Shown: one piece after another, positions 1 to 13,527 of the stretch
Position numbering within the stretch: position 1 is the first letter of the stretch
Layout: each line of letters starts with the position of its first letter
Source: the human T2T-CHM13v2.0 reference genome, Homo sapiens
NCBI RefSeq assembly: GCF_009914755.1
Contig: NC_060936.1
Length of the DNA stretch: 64,000 nucleotides
Reading direction: 5' to 3' (one strand)
Notes under the pieces: model-generated
What the model was told of the DNA's origin: nothing
Seen by the model: the letters and a program-made list of their open reading frames with translations, nothing else
Databases searched by the model: none
Made by a program: the position numbers and the translations under genes

Positions 1-458
1 AAAAGCTTTTCCGTGTTTAGGACTTTAATCTACCTGAAATTGATTTTGCTGTTCAGCATCATGAAGGAGATCCTGTTTTCTTTTTTCGAAATGAATAACC
101 GGTTGTCTGAACACTACTTATTGAATAGTCTGTTTATTACTACTTTGTAACGTGTTTAATTTCCATATGTGCATTGGTCTATTGCAAGGTCCCTTAGTCT
201 ATTGTATCGTGCTTTTTATGTGTGAATACCAGTCTTTATTCTTTTGGTACTATGGGTAGATATCTGATAGAGCAAGAGCCTCTCTACCTTGTTTGCCAGA
301 ATTGAATTGCAATTTGTATTCAGTGTTTTACTATTGTGAGCAATAATACTATAAACATCCTGTGAATATGCTTTGCTTTATATACTGGTGCCTTTGTCTT
401 GATAAGTCTCATCAAGGTTGGAATTGATGGAACAAAATACATATTTAAAAAAATGTAT

Positions 459-745
<287 letters not shown>

Positions 746-1285
746 CAATCAGATTACTTTTTAAAAAGCCCATAACTTTTTGCATTTCAACTTGCAATTT
801 TTTTTCCAATCAGATGAGAATTAATTGCTATCTTATGGCTATTTTAATTTGTATTTTTCTCACCATGAACGATGAGAGAATCTTTTCATAGTTTATTTGG
901 TCATTTGTATTTACTTGTGTATGTATTGCTCTTCATTATATTTGCTTAGTTTTAAATTGGGCAGTTTTGTCTTTTGCATAGCATTTCTGACCAACGACTA
1001 CTAAATGCCAATATGTCCGCCCCAGATCTCAAACAAGCAGAAATGCCACCATACAATTTCCAGATTCTCCCCAGTTGAGAACCACTGCTTTAGAACCTCC
1101 AGTATAGTGTTAAGCAATAAGGATTGCAGTGATTTCTGTCTAGTTTCTGATTTCCACTGAAATAGGTTTAGTGTTTTGCTATTTAGGATACTATATTTAA
1201 GGAGATTGATTCTATTAGAGATTCTATTAGAGTGTTTAGGAGGGATGATTGTCAGATTTTATCCTGTGCCATCTTGGCATCTTTA

Positions 1286-2283
<998 letters not shown>

Positions 2284-2410
2284 TTAATTTAGGACCAGAA
2301 AGGTTCACAGCTCAGTTTTATTTAGCTATCCTAATAAGGATCCTTAAGACCTTTAATTTCTTGGTGTGATGGATTATGTTGATATATTTTAGATTAAAAA
2401 TAATTTTTCT

Positions 2411-2635
2411 GGCCGGGTGCAGTGGCTTATTCCTGTAATCCCAGCACTTTGGGAGGCCAGGGTGGGCCTTGAGCTCGGGAGTTTGAGAGCAGCCTGGGCA
2501 ACATGGCTAAACTCTATCTCTACAAAAAATACAAAAATTAGCTTGGCATGCTGGCACATGCCTGTAAACCCGGTTAACTCAGGTGGTTGAGACGAGAGGG
2601 TGAGGGGGAGATAGCAAAAAAAAAAAAAAAAAAAG
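2411..2635 (+). mobile_element. Alu with most of the right arm deleted
   Basis: Left arm intact, right arm ends abruptly before poly-A. Confidence 0.8.
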
Positions 2636-2756
2636 AATTTGTTTTTCCAAATTGCCCTTTGCATTTTAAAAATAAACCTTCTTTGGATAGCTTACTGTTC
2701 TTTCAAAAATTACCGAATTTGTTTTTTTCATATTTTATTTAGATCTTTTTTTGTTT

Positions 2757-3085
2757 CAGTTGCAAGATTTAATAGAGCGAAAACAGAGCTCCCATAAAAT
2801 GGGAGGGGACCCAAAGGGGATTGTCGCTCCCTGCTCAAATGCCTGGGGTTTATATACCGATCATTGCCCCTCCCCCTGTGCTCTTCAGGCGATAATATGA
2901 TTTGACTATTTCTTTACCGCCTGCTTTAGCCTAATTTGTCTTTTAGTGAGCCCTGTTTACTACCTGATTGGTCGGGTGTGAGCTGAGTTACAAGCCCTGT
3001 GTTTAAAGGTGAGTGCAGTCACCTCTCCCAGCTAGGCTTAGGAATTCTTAGTTGGCCTAGGAAATCCAGCTAGTCCTGTCTGTCA
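2757..3085 (-). mobile_element. LTR17 U3-R (3' end of HERV-W retrocopy)
   Basis: Begins TGACAGACAGGACTAGCTGG after PPT; TATA (tataaa) near 2849-2856; ends at the poly-A site. Confidence 0.9.
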
Positions 3086-3144
3086 GTCCCCCCTCTCAAC
3101 AGGAAAACCCAAGTGCTGTTGGGGAGGTTGGCTGACGACTGCTT

Positions 3145-3561
3145 TTAACTGCTTCCTGCTGAATTGGGGTATAGTAGGGGTCGTGCAGTCGAGATTTCCT
3201 CGGGAGGGGTGCCTTCGATGTCATTAACATCGGAGCATGGGCTAGCAGGCCGGTCCAGGGGTCTGCGGTAGATCTTAGTCATGGACTGCATCTGGGGCCC
3301 CATTTGAAGAACCATTTGTAGTTTTATAGCTTTGATTCTGGAAGAGACAAACTTAACAAGGAGGTTAAAGATACAGGAATTGAAATGTATGACCTGAAGT
3401 GCAGGGGCATATGGGTGTGGGTGGTGAAAGTGGGGTTTCCTTTAGAAAAACTACAGTGGGGCGTCAATATTTCTGGGAAGCTGCATTCTCCATAGAAGCT
3501 CTTGGTAAAGGGAGCTACTGGTAGTACAGCGGCAAGGAGGAGGTGCAGCGAGAGTGAAAGG
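3145..3561 (-). pseudogene. HERV-W env remnant (syncytin-1-like fragments, internally deleted)
   Basis: Fragments FTLAAPPPCRCTTSSS, THTHMP, LHFRSYISIPV, CIFNLLVKFVSSRIKA...NSAGSS* resemble ERVW-1 Env. Confidence 0.88.
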
Positions 3562-6020
3562 TTTGGTGAAGGGTTTTAAGTAACTACCATTGGTTGGCTG
3601 CAGGCAAAAGTATTTTTCCTTCTTTGGTGGCTAGCCATCCTGAGGGGAGGAAACTACATCCTCGTGAGGTTCCCCATTCTATTTCTTCTTCTGAGTACTG
3701 GGGCTTGGTTTCCCGGAGGGGATTACCCCATGCTAGGGTCCTTCTATAAGCATTTCTAATGGAGGGTCCTGCCTTGCGGCTCTTTTGGCTTCAGTGTCGT
3801 CTTGGTGGTTCCCTTCTACTTCCCTTTCCTTTTCTTTCTGATGACCCCGGCAGTTTAAGACTGCCACCTCTTTAGGTTTCTGTACAGCCAAGAATAATCT
3901 CCTAATGGCTTCCTGATGTTTGATAGGTGTTCCTTGGAAGTTAGGAATTCCCTTTCTCTCCATATTGCTGCGTGGTCATGGAGGACTAGGTAAGCATATT
4001 AGTGTCTGTATATATATTTACCCTTTTTCCTTCTAATTCTAGTGCCTGAATGAGGTCTGTTAGTTCTGCCAGCTGAGCGCTAGTTCCTGGAGTGAGGGGG
4101 TTACTTTGAAGTATTCCATTATCACTGAGCACTGCGTACCCTGCTTTTCGAAGTCCTTTTTCTACAAAGGAACTTCCATCAGTATACAAGTTGAGGTCGG
4201 GATCAGTCAAGGGAACCTCTAGAAGGTCCCCTTAAGCGGCGTAGGTGTGAGCAATCACCTGTTGACAGTTATGTTCTTTTTTTTATTGTCTGGAAGAAAT
4301 GTGGCTGGATTAAGAGTTGCACAAGTGCACAGTTGCAGCACTGGCTCTTTAATAGAGCCTGATATTTAAGCAAATGGTTGTCTGACAGCCACAAGTCTCT
4401 TTTAGCAGTGAGTATGCTGTTTACATTATGAGATGTCCACACAGTAAGATCTCTTCCCTGTATTATTTTAACTGCTTCAGATCCTAAGACTGCTACTGCT
4501 GCCACTGCCCATAAACAATGAGGCTAACCCTTTGCCACTACATCAGTTTCCTTACTCAGGTATGCCACAGGTTGCAAGCTGGTCCCTCGGACCTGTGTAA
4601 GGACTCCTAGAGCTATTCCTGTTTTTTTTCTGTTACATGTAAAGAAAAGTCTTGGCCTGTTGGCAAGCTTAACACTGGGGCTTGGGTTAGGGCCTTCTTT
4701 AGGGCCTGGAAAGCCGCTTTTGCTTTAGGCGTACATCTGACTAAATGGGTATTGGCTTTCTGAGTTTCCTTAATTAGTGTATATAATGGCCTGGCTATTT
4801 CGCCATACCTGGGAATCCATATTCAGCAGAAGCCTGTTATGCCACGGAACCCTCTTAGTTGCTTTAGGGTTTTGGGATGAGGATAAGCCAATATAGGCTG
4901 GATACGTTCCTCGCTGAGCGCCTTGGTGCTTTTGGATAATTTTAGCCCTAAGTATTTAACCTGCTGTGAGCAGAGCTGAGCCTTTGGTTTGGAAACCTTG
5001 TAGCCACAAGTGGCGAGGAAGTTTAAAAGCGCTTGGGTGGCTTGATGACACAAGGTTTCTGAATGGGCGACTAAAAGTAAATTATCCACGTACCGAAGGA
5101 CAAGAGTGTCCTTCAGTATGAGAACTGGCTCAAGTCTTGGGCTAATGCCTGGCCAAATAGATGGGGGCTATCCCTGAACCCTTGAGGTAAAACAGTCCAG
5201 GTGAGTTGAGACGTTGGGTTTGAAGGATCTTCAAAGGCAAACAAAAATTGACAGGATGTACAGGGATGCAGAAAAAGGCATCCTTAAGGTCCAGAACTGT
5301 AAACCACTCTGCTTCCTCTGGCATTTAGGAAAGCAGAGTATAAGGGTTAGGTATAGCTGGGTATAGAGGGACAACGGCCTCATTGATAATCCTGAGATCT
5401 TGCACTAACCTCCACTGTCCGTTGGGTTTCTGTACTCCTAAAATTGGAGTATTGTAGGGGCTACTGCATGATTTTACTAGGCCTTGGGCTTTAGGTCCTT
5501 AACAATCTTTTGGAGTCCTTGTTGGGCCTCGGGTCTAAGGGGGTACTTCCTTTGGCAGGGAAAGGAGGCGGAATCCTTTAACTTGAACGGGACAGGAATT
5601 CTTCGCTTGTCCATATTGTCCTTCTGTTCCCCAGACTTCAGGATTAATTCCTTCCTCAAGTAGGGGACAATAAACGGGTGTTCCTTGTCCTATATTCAGG
5701 TGTATAATGACCCTTGCTTTTGCTAGAATGTCTCTCCCTAACAAGGGAGTGGGGCTTTCAGGGATAATTAGAAAAGCATGTGAAAAGAGTAAAGTTCTCC
5801 AGTCACAACTTAGTGGCTGGGAGAAGTATCTAGTGACTGGCTGTCCTAGGACCTCTCGGATAGTGACAGATTTGGAGGACCGTTGTCCGGGACAGGAGAG
5901 TAAGACTGAGAAGGCTGCGCCAGTGTCCAGGAGACAGTTAACCTCCTGGCCCTCAATGGTCAAGCATACCCGGGGCTCTGTGAGGTCGATGGCATGGGCT
6001 GGCACTTGCCCCAGGCACCC
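3562..6020 (-). pseudogene. HERV-W pro-pol remnant (protease, RT, RNase H; integrase essentially deleted)
   Basis: LLDTGA protease (5535-6005), LDLKDAFF, YVDN instead of YVDD (~5081-5092), YTDGS RNase H; many frameshifts. Confidence 0.92.
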
Positions 6021-7455
6021 TCAGTCCTGCTGCTGGATCATCTGGTTAGTGGCTTCTGACTCAGAGGACCTTCGTCCCCTGGGGCAGTGGGCCTTCCAGT
6101 GATTCCCTTTACATAAGGGGCATGGACGAGGGGGCGGCTTATTTCTATTTGGACAATCTTTTTTAAAGTGTCCTTGTAGACCACACTGGAAGCAAGCCCT
6201 ATTAGGCGTTGGATTTGCCCAGCCTTTCTGTTCCAGAGCCTCCAAAGTCTGCTTGCCTGAGGGCCATGACTAAAGCAGTGGCCTTTTTCTTATCTCGTTT
6301 GCCCCATTCCACCTGCTCCTCCTGATTTCTATTATAAAAAACCGAGATTGCCAAGTTCAATAGGGTTTCTAAGTTTTGCTCAGGGCCTAAGGCACACTTC
6401 TGAAGTTTTTTTCTAATGTCTGCAGCTGACTGAGTGATAAACTTATCATTTAAGATTAGTTGGCCTTTAATAGCCAGGTGACAGGGAGGAATGCTTCCTC
6501 AGTGCTTCCCTTAGTCTCTCCAGAAGGGCAGTAGGATTTTCTTCCTTTCCCTGTGTTATAGTGGACATCATTGAATAATTTGTAGGCTTTTTCCTAGTTT
6601 TCCTTAGTCCTTCTAGCACGCAAGTTAGCAAATGTCTGTGGCACCAATCTCCATGTTCTGATTCTGTGTCCCAGTGAGGGTCTACACTGGGAACTGCCTG
6701 CTGGCCTTGGGGAATTGTTCTTTCCTCTGTTGTCATCCTATCATTGACCTGACTGAGATACCAGAGATCACCAAACTCTCGGGCTGCAGTTATGGCGGCC
6801 CTTCTCTCATTTGGTGTTAGTGTCTGATTTAGCAGTAACATTATATCTCTCCATGTCAGATCAAAGGATTGTCCTAACCCTTGTAAACCACCAATATAGC
6901 CATCAGGGTTATCTGATAATTTGCCCCGGTCTATTTTAATTTGCTTCAAGTCTGAGAGAGAAAAAGGTACATGCACTCTGACTGGGCCGAATTCTCCTCC
7001 TCGCACTGCTTGGAGGGGGCATAATCGGGAAATATTGGCACTCTTTGGTTCATTGTTTACCCCTTTGTCTATCTCCTTTTGGGTCCTTATTAGTTGGGGA
7101 AGAAGCTGGGGGGACACCGGGATAGGGAGGTAGACTCTGAGGGCTTCCTGTAGGGCATAAATCACACTTTTTACATAATTGTGACTTGTTTCTTAATGAA
7201 AAGAAAGTTTGTACATATGGCACTTCACTCCATTTGCCTCTTTTTTTATACAAAAGAGGTCTAGCTGTAAGATGTTATAATTTATACTTCCGTCGGGAGG
7301 CCAGGTTTCTCCCCCTTGATGAGGATATCGTGGCCAGGCAGTACTGCAGAAGAATATAAGTCATTTCTTTCTTAGCGTTTGAGGGTCAAATTGGTCCCAA
7401 TTCTCCAAAGTACATCTTAGGAGATGTACTTTGCCTTGGGGGGAACGTTTCCCAT
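6021..7455 (-). pseudogene. HERV-W gag remnant
   Basis: Capsid segment (ORF 6467-7165), CFQCGLQGHFKKDC and CPLCKGNHWKAHC zinc knuckles, QQQD* end; frameshifted. Confidence 0.92.
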
Positions 7456-9284
7456 CTGAAAAAAAGAACATAGGGATGCCAGCACCCCAAATCATTTTCT
7501 GATGAGCATTAGTCCTAGAGCGTCCTCTATGGTCTTAATGCTTATTCCTTTCCAGGGTGTGTAACCACCCATGGACTTCTGCTTATCGGATTAGTTACGC
7601 TCACTGATGTAGCAGTCCTGCACCTGTTTTCCCGCCTTTCTTGACCACAAAGAAAGGGGTCCGGCTGCTGGATTCTAGTGGTCCTTTACCAGCGTGCCCA
7701 ACGTTGCCTTTGCACTCAGAGGTGAATTCTAGAGCTGGGCTGGGTTCCTGAGCATTTCATAACACCCCAGCTGCCCCATCAACATGCATTCCCATAAACA
7801 ACAGTTCTTAGGCAAATTTGTTTCAGAGAGGGTGTAGGTAACCTTTTGAGTCGGGATTGAGATAGAGTCTTTTTGATTCTGTAAGTACTTTAAGGTTTGG
7901 CTGAGTGCAAACAGCTCGCAGGTTTGAGCAGACCAATTATTAGGCAATTTTCCTAACTCTGCTTCCACAAGATTCTCCCTATCAATTGCTGAATACCCAC
8001 TGTGTTTTTTTCCTCAGTCACCGGGAGGAACCCTCTATCTCCTGTCCTGAAGGGAGTTCCTCCTAGGTCTGGTCAGACCTTTGTATGGTAATTAAGATTT
8101 AAATCCCCTGTTAGGAAATCTGCTAGGTTAAGGGAATTTTCAGTGGTTAATGTTAAATCACCTTTTTCTAACAGAATAGCCCCATACTTTAAGATTTGAG
8201 TTAGTAAGCTAACTTTTTGCTTTTTTGACTTAGGATAATTCTGAACTGGTGAGGTGCTCACAATGAGGTTTCCTCTAAAGATTATTTTTCTACTTTTAGC
8301 AATGCAGTTGCCGCTACCGACTGAATGCATTTGGCCCATCCATGGGTCACTGGGTGAAAGATTTTTGATAGGAAGGCTACGGAGTTGTCAGTGGTCTCAG
8401 TGTTTTCGGGCTACGCCCTTGTTTACCCTGACAACAAGGTAGTATTGGAGTGTTACAGGGTCACGGAGAAGACCTTCCATTATCAATTATAGGTTTTAAA
8501 TTTACCCTGGCTTTTAAAGGAATAGGGCACACTGTTTTTCCTTTACTACTTCTATCTTTCTCTTTCTCTCTTTGGCCCCCTTTGTCTCTCTTTCTCTTTT
8601 CTCCTAGCCCTTTACAAACTTGGGGCCCTGGCAAGGGTGGTGGGGAACAGGTCCCACATAACTGCCCATGTCGAGAGCTGTATGCCTAAATTGGGAGAGA
8701 CACCAGGGACAAGACTCTCTGGCTTCGTAGCCTAGGGGCCTAAGGACGCAGTGTAGAGCTTCCTTAGATCCCTTTGGAAATACAGCTTGCTAGAGGAAAT
8801 GAAAGTCTGAATCATTAGTACCTAGGAGGCAGGGATCAGAGGAAGTAGATTCAGAGGTAAGGAGAATTTTGGGCTACACTTTCAAGAAAGTCGTGGTCGG
8901 GACCCAGAAGCTATGGGTCAGAAGGAAAAGTAGGGGTGTACGCATGGGCATCTGTTGAGTAGAGACTTCTGTCTGCGCCATGATCTCAACCGGCTAACAC
9001 CAGGAGTTCGGGATGACAGCTTTCTGCTTCTAGTCGGCCCTCAGCTATCCCAGGAAAATTGAAAGCGGAAGCTGGTTCCAGGCAGACCAACGCTCCCAAT
9101 CCAGAAGGTTTGGGTTTGTTAGAAAGCTCTTTCCCAGACAACCTCACACCTGAGTCTTAAGTCTGGCGGCCATGCTAATTATTTTTAACCAGCTGACAGG
9201 TGCCTGGTATTTTCCTCCAATTCTAAGGAAGGATAGGACAGAATAGCAAGCCAAAGTGGTTCAATATTATTCACTGCTTTGGAG

Positions 9285-9302
9285 GTCCCTTCGTGGTCAC
9301 CA
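9285..9302 (-). other. Primer binding site of the HERV-W copy, tRNA-Arg type
   Basis: TGGTGACCACGAAGGGAC 3 nt after the U5 end; one mismatch to the complement of the tRNA-Arg(TCG) 3' end as I recall it. Confidence 0.75.
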
Positions 9303-9305
9303 AAA

Positions 9306-9811
9306 TGTTACCAGGGGGTCCTTGTGCCTAGAGTTCCCAAGATGGCGGCAGGGCCACTTCCAATATGGCGGCAGGCCTCTTGTTCTCTGACCTGGGGTTC
9401 TTGGCCTCAGGGATTCCAAGGAATGGAATCTTGGGCCATGTGGTGAGTGTTATAGCTCTATTAGAAGCCATGGGTCACGGAAGAGAACTGTGGAACCCAG
9501 CGACTACTGTTCAGCTCGATTAGGAAGAACCCAGGCACTTAGTTGTGCAGGAACAATGGCAAGCCTTTAGCCCGATCAGGAGCAGCAATGGGTGCCTCAC
9601 TGGATCAGGAGCACAGAGGACATCCTGCTGGATCTGGAGGGGTGGAAGTCAACGGTGGGTCTGGGACAGTGGCAAACAGCAGTGATGGACAGTGAGCAAA
9701 AGCTCAGCTCGAGCCGTAACAAACACGGACCACAAGTGTGTGCAGTTGCATGATTTAATAGAGTGAAAACAGAGCTCCTGTACAAAGGGAGGGGACCCAA
9801 AGGGGGTTGCC
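9306..9811 (-). mobile_element. LTR17 R-U5 (5' end of HERV-W retrocopy)
   Basis: Ends ...CCTGGTAACA before the PBS; R (9743-9811) aligns to 2757-2825. Confidence 0.9.
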
Positions 9812-11313
9812 TTAGAATGTTTTCATCTGTTTTTATAAGATTGGCCAATATTATTATTTTTAAAAAACTTTATCACATTTGATATTAAGGTTATGCTGGC
9901 TTTATTTAATGTATTGGGGAGTTTTCAGTCTTTTCCTAGGGCATTCTATATTGGTAAAGTAACATTGGAATAAAGGATAGCTAAGTAAAACTGAGCCGTG
10001 AACCTTTCTCATCCTAGTTCCTTTTGCAGTAATAGCTTTTATCACTTTCTGAAACCCTTCTGTAATAATTGCCCTGTTAAAGTTTGCCACTTCTGGGGGC
10101 GGTTTTGGAAATTTATCATTTGCTTGGAAAATGATACATTTCTTTTAGGTTTCCAGTTTTTTGCCAAAGAGTTTTGTGAGATATTTGCATATGCTGCTTT
10201 TAATCTCTGCTTTGTATGTGATTCTCTTTATTGTCATTCTTATTCTTGTCAAAATAGCTTTTGTATTTTTAAAAAATTCTATCTTTCTGTTGTATTCATT
10301 TTACTTTTTGTTTTCATTATATCTCTCTTCCTAGTTTCTTTGGCTAGAACACTTAGTTTCTTGTTTCAAAATGAAGGCAATTCATGTTAAACATCTTCCT
10401 CTGGAGAATTTTCACAGTGTTGGAAGGTATTAATACAAAGCATTTTTCTCTTTTATTTACAGTTGGTTCTCATTTTCCTTTGTGATTTCTTTGATCCAAG
10501 GGATCAGTTTTGCAACCTCAAAGTAGTTAATATTCTTTTGGCTACCTTTACCATTACCCTATTACCTTCTGATTTTCTTGACTTACTAATGTTGTCAGAG
10601 AATGTGGCCTGTAACATTTTTTTTTAATTTCATTAATTTTTTTTGGTGTGTGACTAGCATAATTGTTTTTTATATTTAACAAAGGAAAAAATGTATATAT
10701 GGATATATACTCTGGTCAGGAGAAATAAAGCTGTGAAGTAAGTTTATTTTGCGTGTTTTCTATAAGCAGTATATAGCTAAGTTTTGTTTTTTATTCAAAT
10801 CGGACTAGTTTCCATCTTTTAATGGAAGATTTGGTCCATTTTTTGTGTAATTACTAATATACTTAAAATTTCTTCCATCTTATTTTGTGTTTATTATTTA
10901 ACTCAAATTGTTCCTTTTTCTTTTTCTTTTCTAATTTTTGCTGGTTAGTAAGGTACCATTTTATTTTCACTCCTGCCACCAAACCCAGTTAATTTGGGAG
11001 ATCAACCAGGGTTTTGCATTCCATTAATGGTTACCTTCTATTTTCTTATGCTCATAATCAGACAGATTCTCTACAGTTACTTGAGAAGATAATTTTCCTT
11101 GATACTTTATTTACTACTTCACTGTATCATCATAATAATAATGAAGTCTTTGGAATACCTTTACTTTCCCCTGGTGTTCCTTGTTCCCTCTCCCCTCCAA
11201 TGGGAATATTAGAACAATTTTATTTCCTTCCTACTCTTTCCACTTGATTGACTCATTTATTGAGTAAATAGTTTCAAGTACCTCCAAAGCGTCAAGTACT
11301 GTTGTAGCAATAA

Positions 11314-11604
11314 TTTTTTTTTTTTTTTTGGGAGATGGAATTTTGCTCTTGTTGCCCAGGCTTGGAGTGCAATGGCATGATCTCAGCTCACTGCAACCCC
11401 CGCTTCCCGGGTTAAAGTGATTCTCCTATCTTGGCCTCCCACATGCAGGCACCTGCCACCACACCCAGCTAATTTTTGTATTTTTAGTAGAGACGGGGTT
11501 TCACCATGTTTGCCAGCCTGGTCTCTAACTCCTGACCTCAGGTGATCTGTTCGCCTCGACCTCCCATAGTGCTGGGATTACAGGCATGAGCCACCGCGCC
11601 TGGC
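11314..11604 (-). mobile_element. Alu SINE
   Basis: Reverse Alu consensus, poly-T, flanking tgtagca repeat. Confidence 0.9.
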
Positions 11605-11972
11605 CTATTGTAGCAGTATTTTGTATATACTAGTGAACAAAACAGACAGAAATCCCTAGTCTCATTGACCTTATATTCCAGTTTTGCTGAAATCATCTAA
11701 TAGTTTTAGTTCATCTGTTTGGAATTTGTTTTACTGTATGTCTCTTCTGTTTCATGAACCCTTATATAGCACTTTATCCATTCCCAGGCAGTCTGTCTTT
11801 ATCCACTTAAAATGAATTATACCTATATTGCAAAGTACTCACCATGGTTTACTCCTCATATTCATCTTCCCATATCTTGAGATCTCTGTTAGCCATTTAC
11901 TAGTATGTTAGTATCATTTCTTGATTATTTTTCCTGGTGGGCTATCAGAGTCATAGATACCCTCACATATTC

Positions 11973-12850
11973 TGTTAATACAAAAAATACACTCAAAGTG
12001 CTTTTTCTATTCTCTCATTCAACAACAATTCACATGGAACACTTATTTGACCACGTGTGGGGGATTTCTCTATTTGGAGATACCATCAGATCTGACAGGT
12101 TGAGGGCTCAGTCACCAGGAGTCACCAAGAATATCCCCAACTTCCCACCTCACCCCCTTCAGACACCAGTTGCAAGTCCAGGCCTACAGAACTTCTGACC
12201 AACTGGCTTCAAGTTGGGGTTCCCGTGACTTTCTGCTTAGGTTTGATTAATTTGCTACAGCAACTCACAGAACTCAAAGAACACTTACATTGTGTTATCT
12301 GTATATTATAAAGGATATTTCAAAGGATACAGGTGAAGAGATGCATAGGGCAAGGTATGGGAGAAAGGATATGGAGCTTCCATGCCCTCCCACGGCTTGC
12401 CACCCTTCAGGAGCCTCTACGTGTCCAGCTATCCAGAAGTTTTCTGAACCTTGCCCTTTTTGATATCCAATTGGATAGACATAATTGATAACCATGTAAA
12501 AATGTAATTGGACCAAAAGGGTATGATCTAACACTAGTAGACTGAGTAGGGAAACCCAGCAAGGCCTGTATGTTCAGATTCTTCTTGGCCTCTCTGTGCC
12601 ACATTCCTTCCTCCAGGGTATGGGGCAGGACCTCATCTGGAATGAGGTCTTATGACCCACAATCAGAAAGGCTGTGAAAGATTAGAGTCCTGCTGTGGGG
12701 TAGGTGAAAGGAGGACAGGGGAAGGTTAGATTCTATTTTCTAAGGAAAGTGCCCCAACATTATAACAAAAGACTATAACAAGGGCTGTTGGAGTGATATG
12801 CCAGGAACTGTGGACAAAAACCAATATATAATTTAGATCAGAATATCACA
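11973..12850 (-). mobile_element. MER21-family solo LTR
   Basis: Reverse strand begins TGTGATATTCTGATC...GGTTTTTGTCCACAGTTCCTGGC and ends ...TAACA, as in MER21 consensus. Confidence 0.7.
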
Positions 12851-13212
12851 CATCTTTCTCCTTGGAAGAAGAATAATACTTTGTCTGAGATATAATTCTT
12901 ATATTGTAAGAGTCTAGCTTCAATTCTACTGCCTTGAAGATTTTATTGTTGCAGTTTAATGTCCAAATCTACTCTCATTTTTTTCCTTTGTGGGTAATTT
13001 ATTCTTTGTAAATTTTTTTAGTGGCGCTCACATTTTATTGGGATTTTGTAGATATATTTGTGTCTTATCAGTTCAACCTGGATTTTAGCTGTTTTAGTCA
13101 GCAGACTAAATTTCTTCCTTATACAGTTTTCTGGAAAATGTCTTCATTAATTATTGCCTCTCCATCTGTTTCTGTCCTTCTGAGGAATATTTTTCTGATT
13201 CAGTTCTCCAGT

Positions 13213-13216
13213 TTTG

Positions 13217-13248
<32 letters not shown>

Positions 13249-13527
13249 TGAGATGGAGTCTCGTTCTGTCGCCCAGGCTGGAGTGCAGTGGCACAATCTT
13301 GGCTCACAGCAACTTCCACCTCCTGGGTTCAAGCGATTCTTGTGCCTCAGCTTCCTGAGTAGCCGGAACTATAGGCGCCTGCCACCACACCGGGCTAATT
13401 TTTGTATTTTTAGTAGAAACGAGGTTTCACCATGTTGGCCAGGCTGGTCTTGAACTCCTGACCTCAAGTGATCCACCTCAGCCTCCCAAAGTGTTGGGAT
13501 TACAGGCATGAGCCATCACAGCTGGCC
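13213..13527 (-). mobile_element. Alu SINE with (TTTTG)n tail
   Basis: Reverse Alu consensus. Confidence 0.9.

Larger units (their letters stand above)
2746..9811 (-). pseudogene. HERV-W (HERV17/LTR17) processed pseudogene, antisense in the RIMKLB intron
   Basis: 5' end starts at R with no U3 (9306-9811 = R-U5); 3' end is U3-R only (2757-3085) followed by poly-A (T tract 2746-2756) just after ATTAAA (2768-2773); PPT 3086-3097; gag/pro/pol/env remnants between. Confidence 0.93.

Noticed and set aside
13214-13453. Alu-derived ORFs ([12 protein letters not shown]-type) here and throughout
   Set aside because: Standard Alu translation artefacts.
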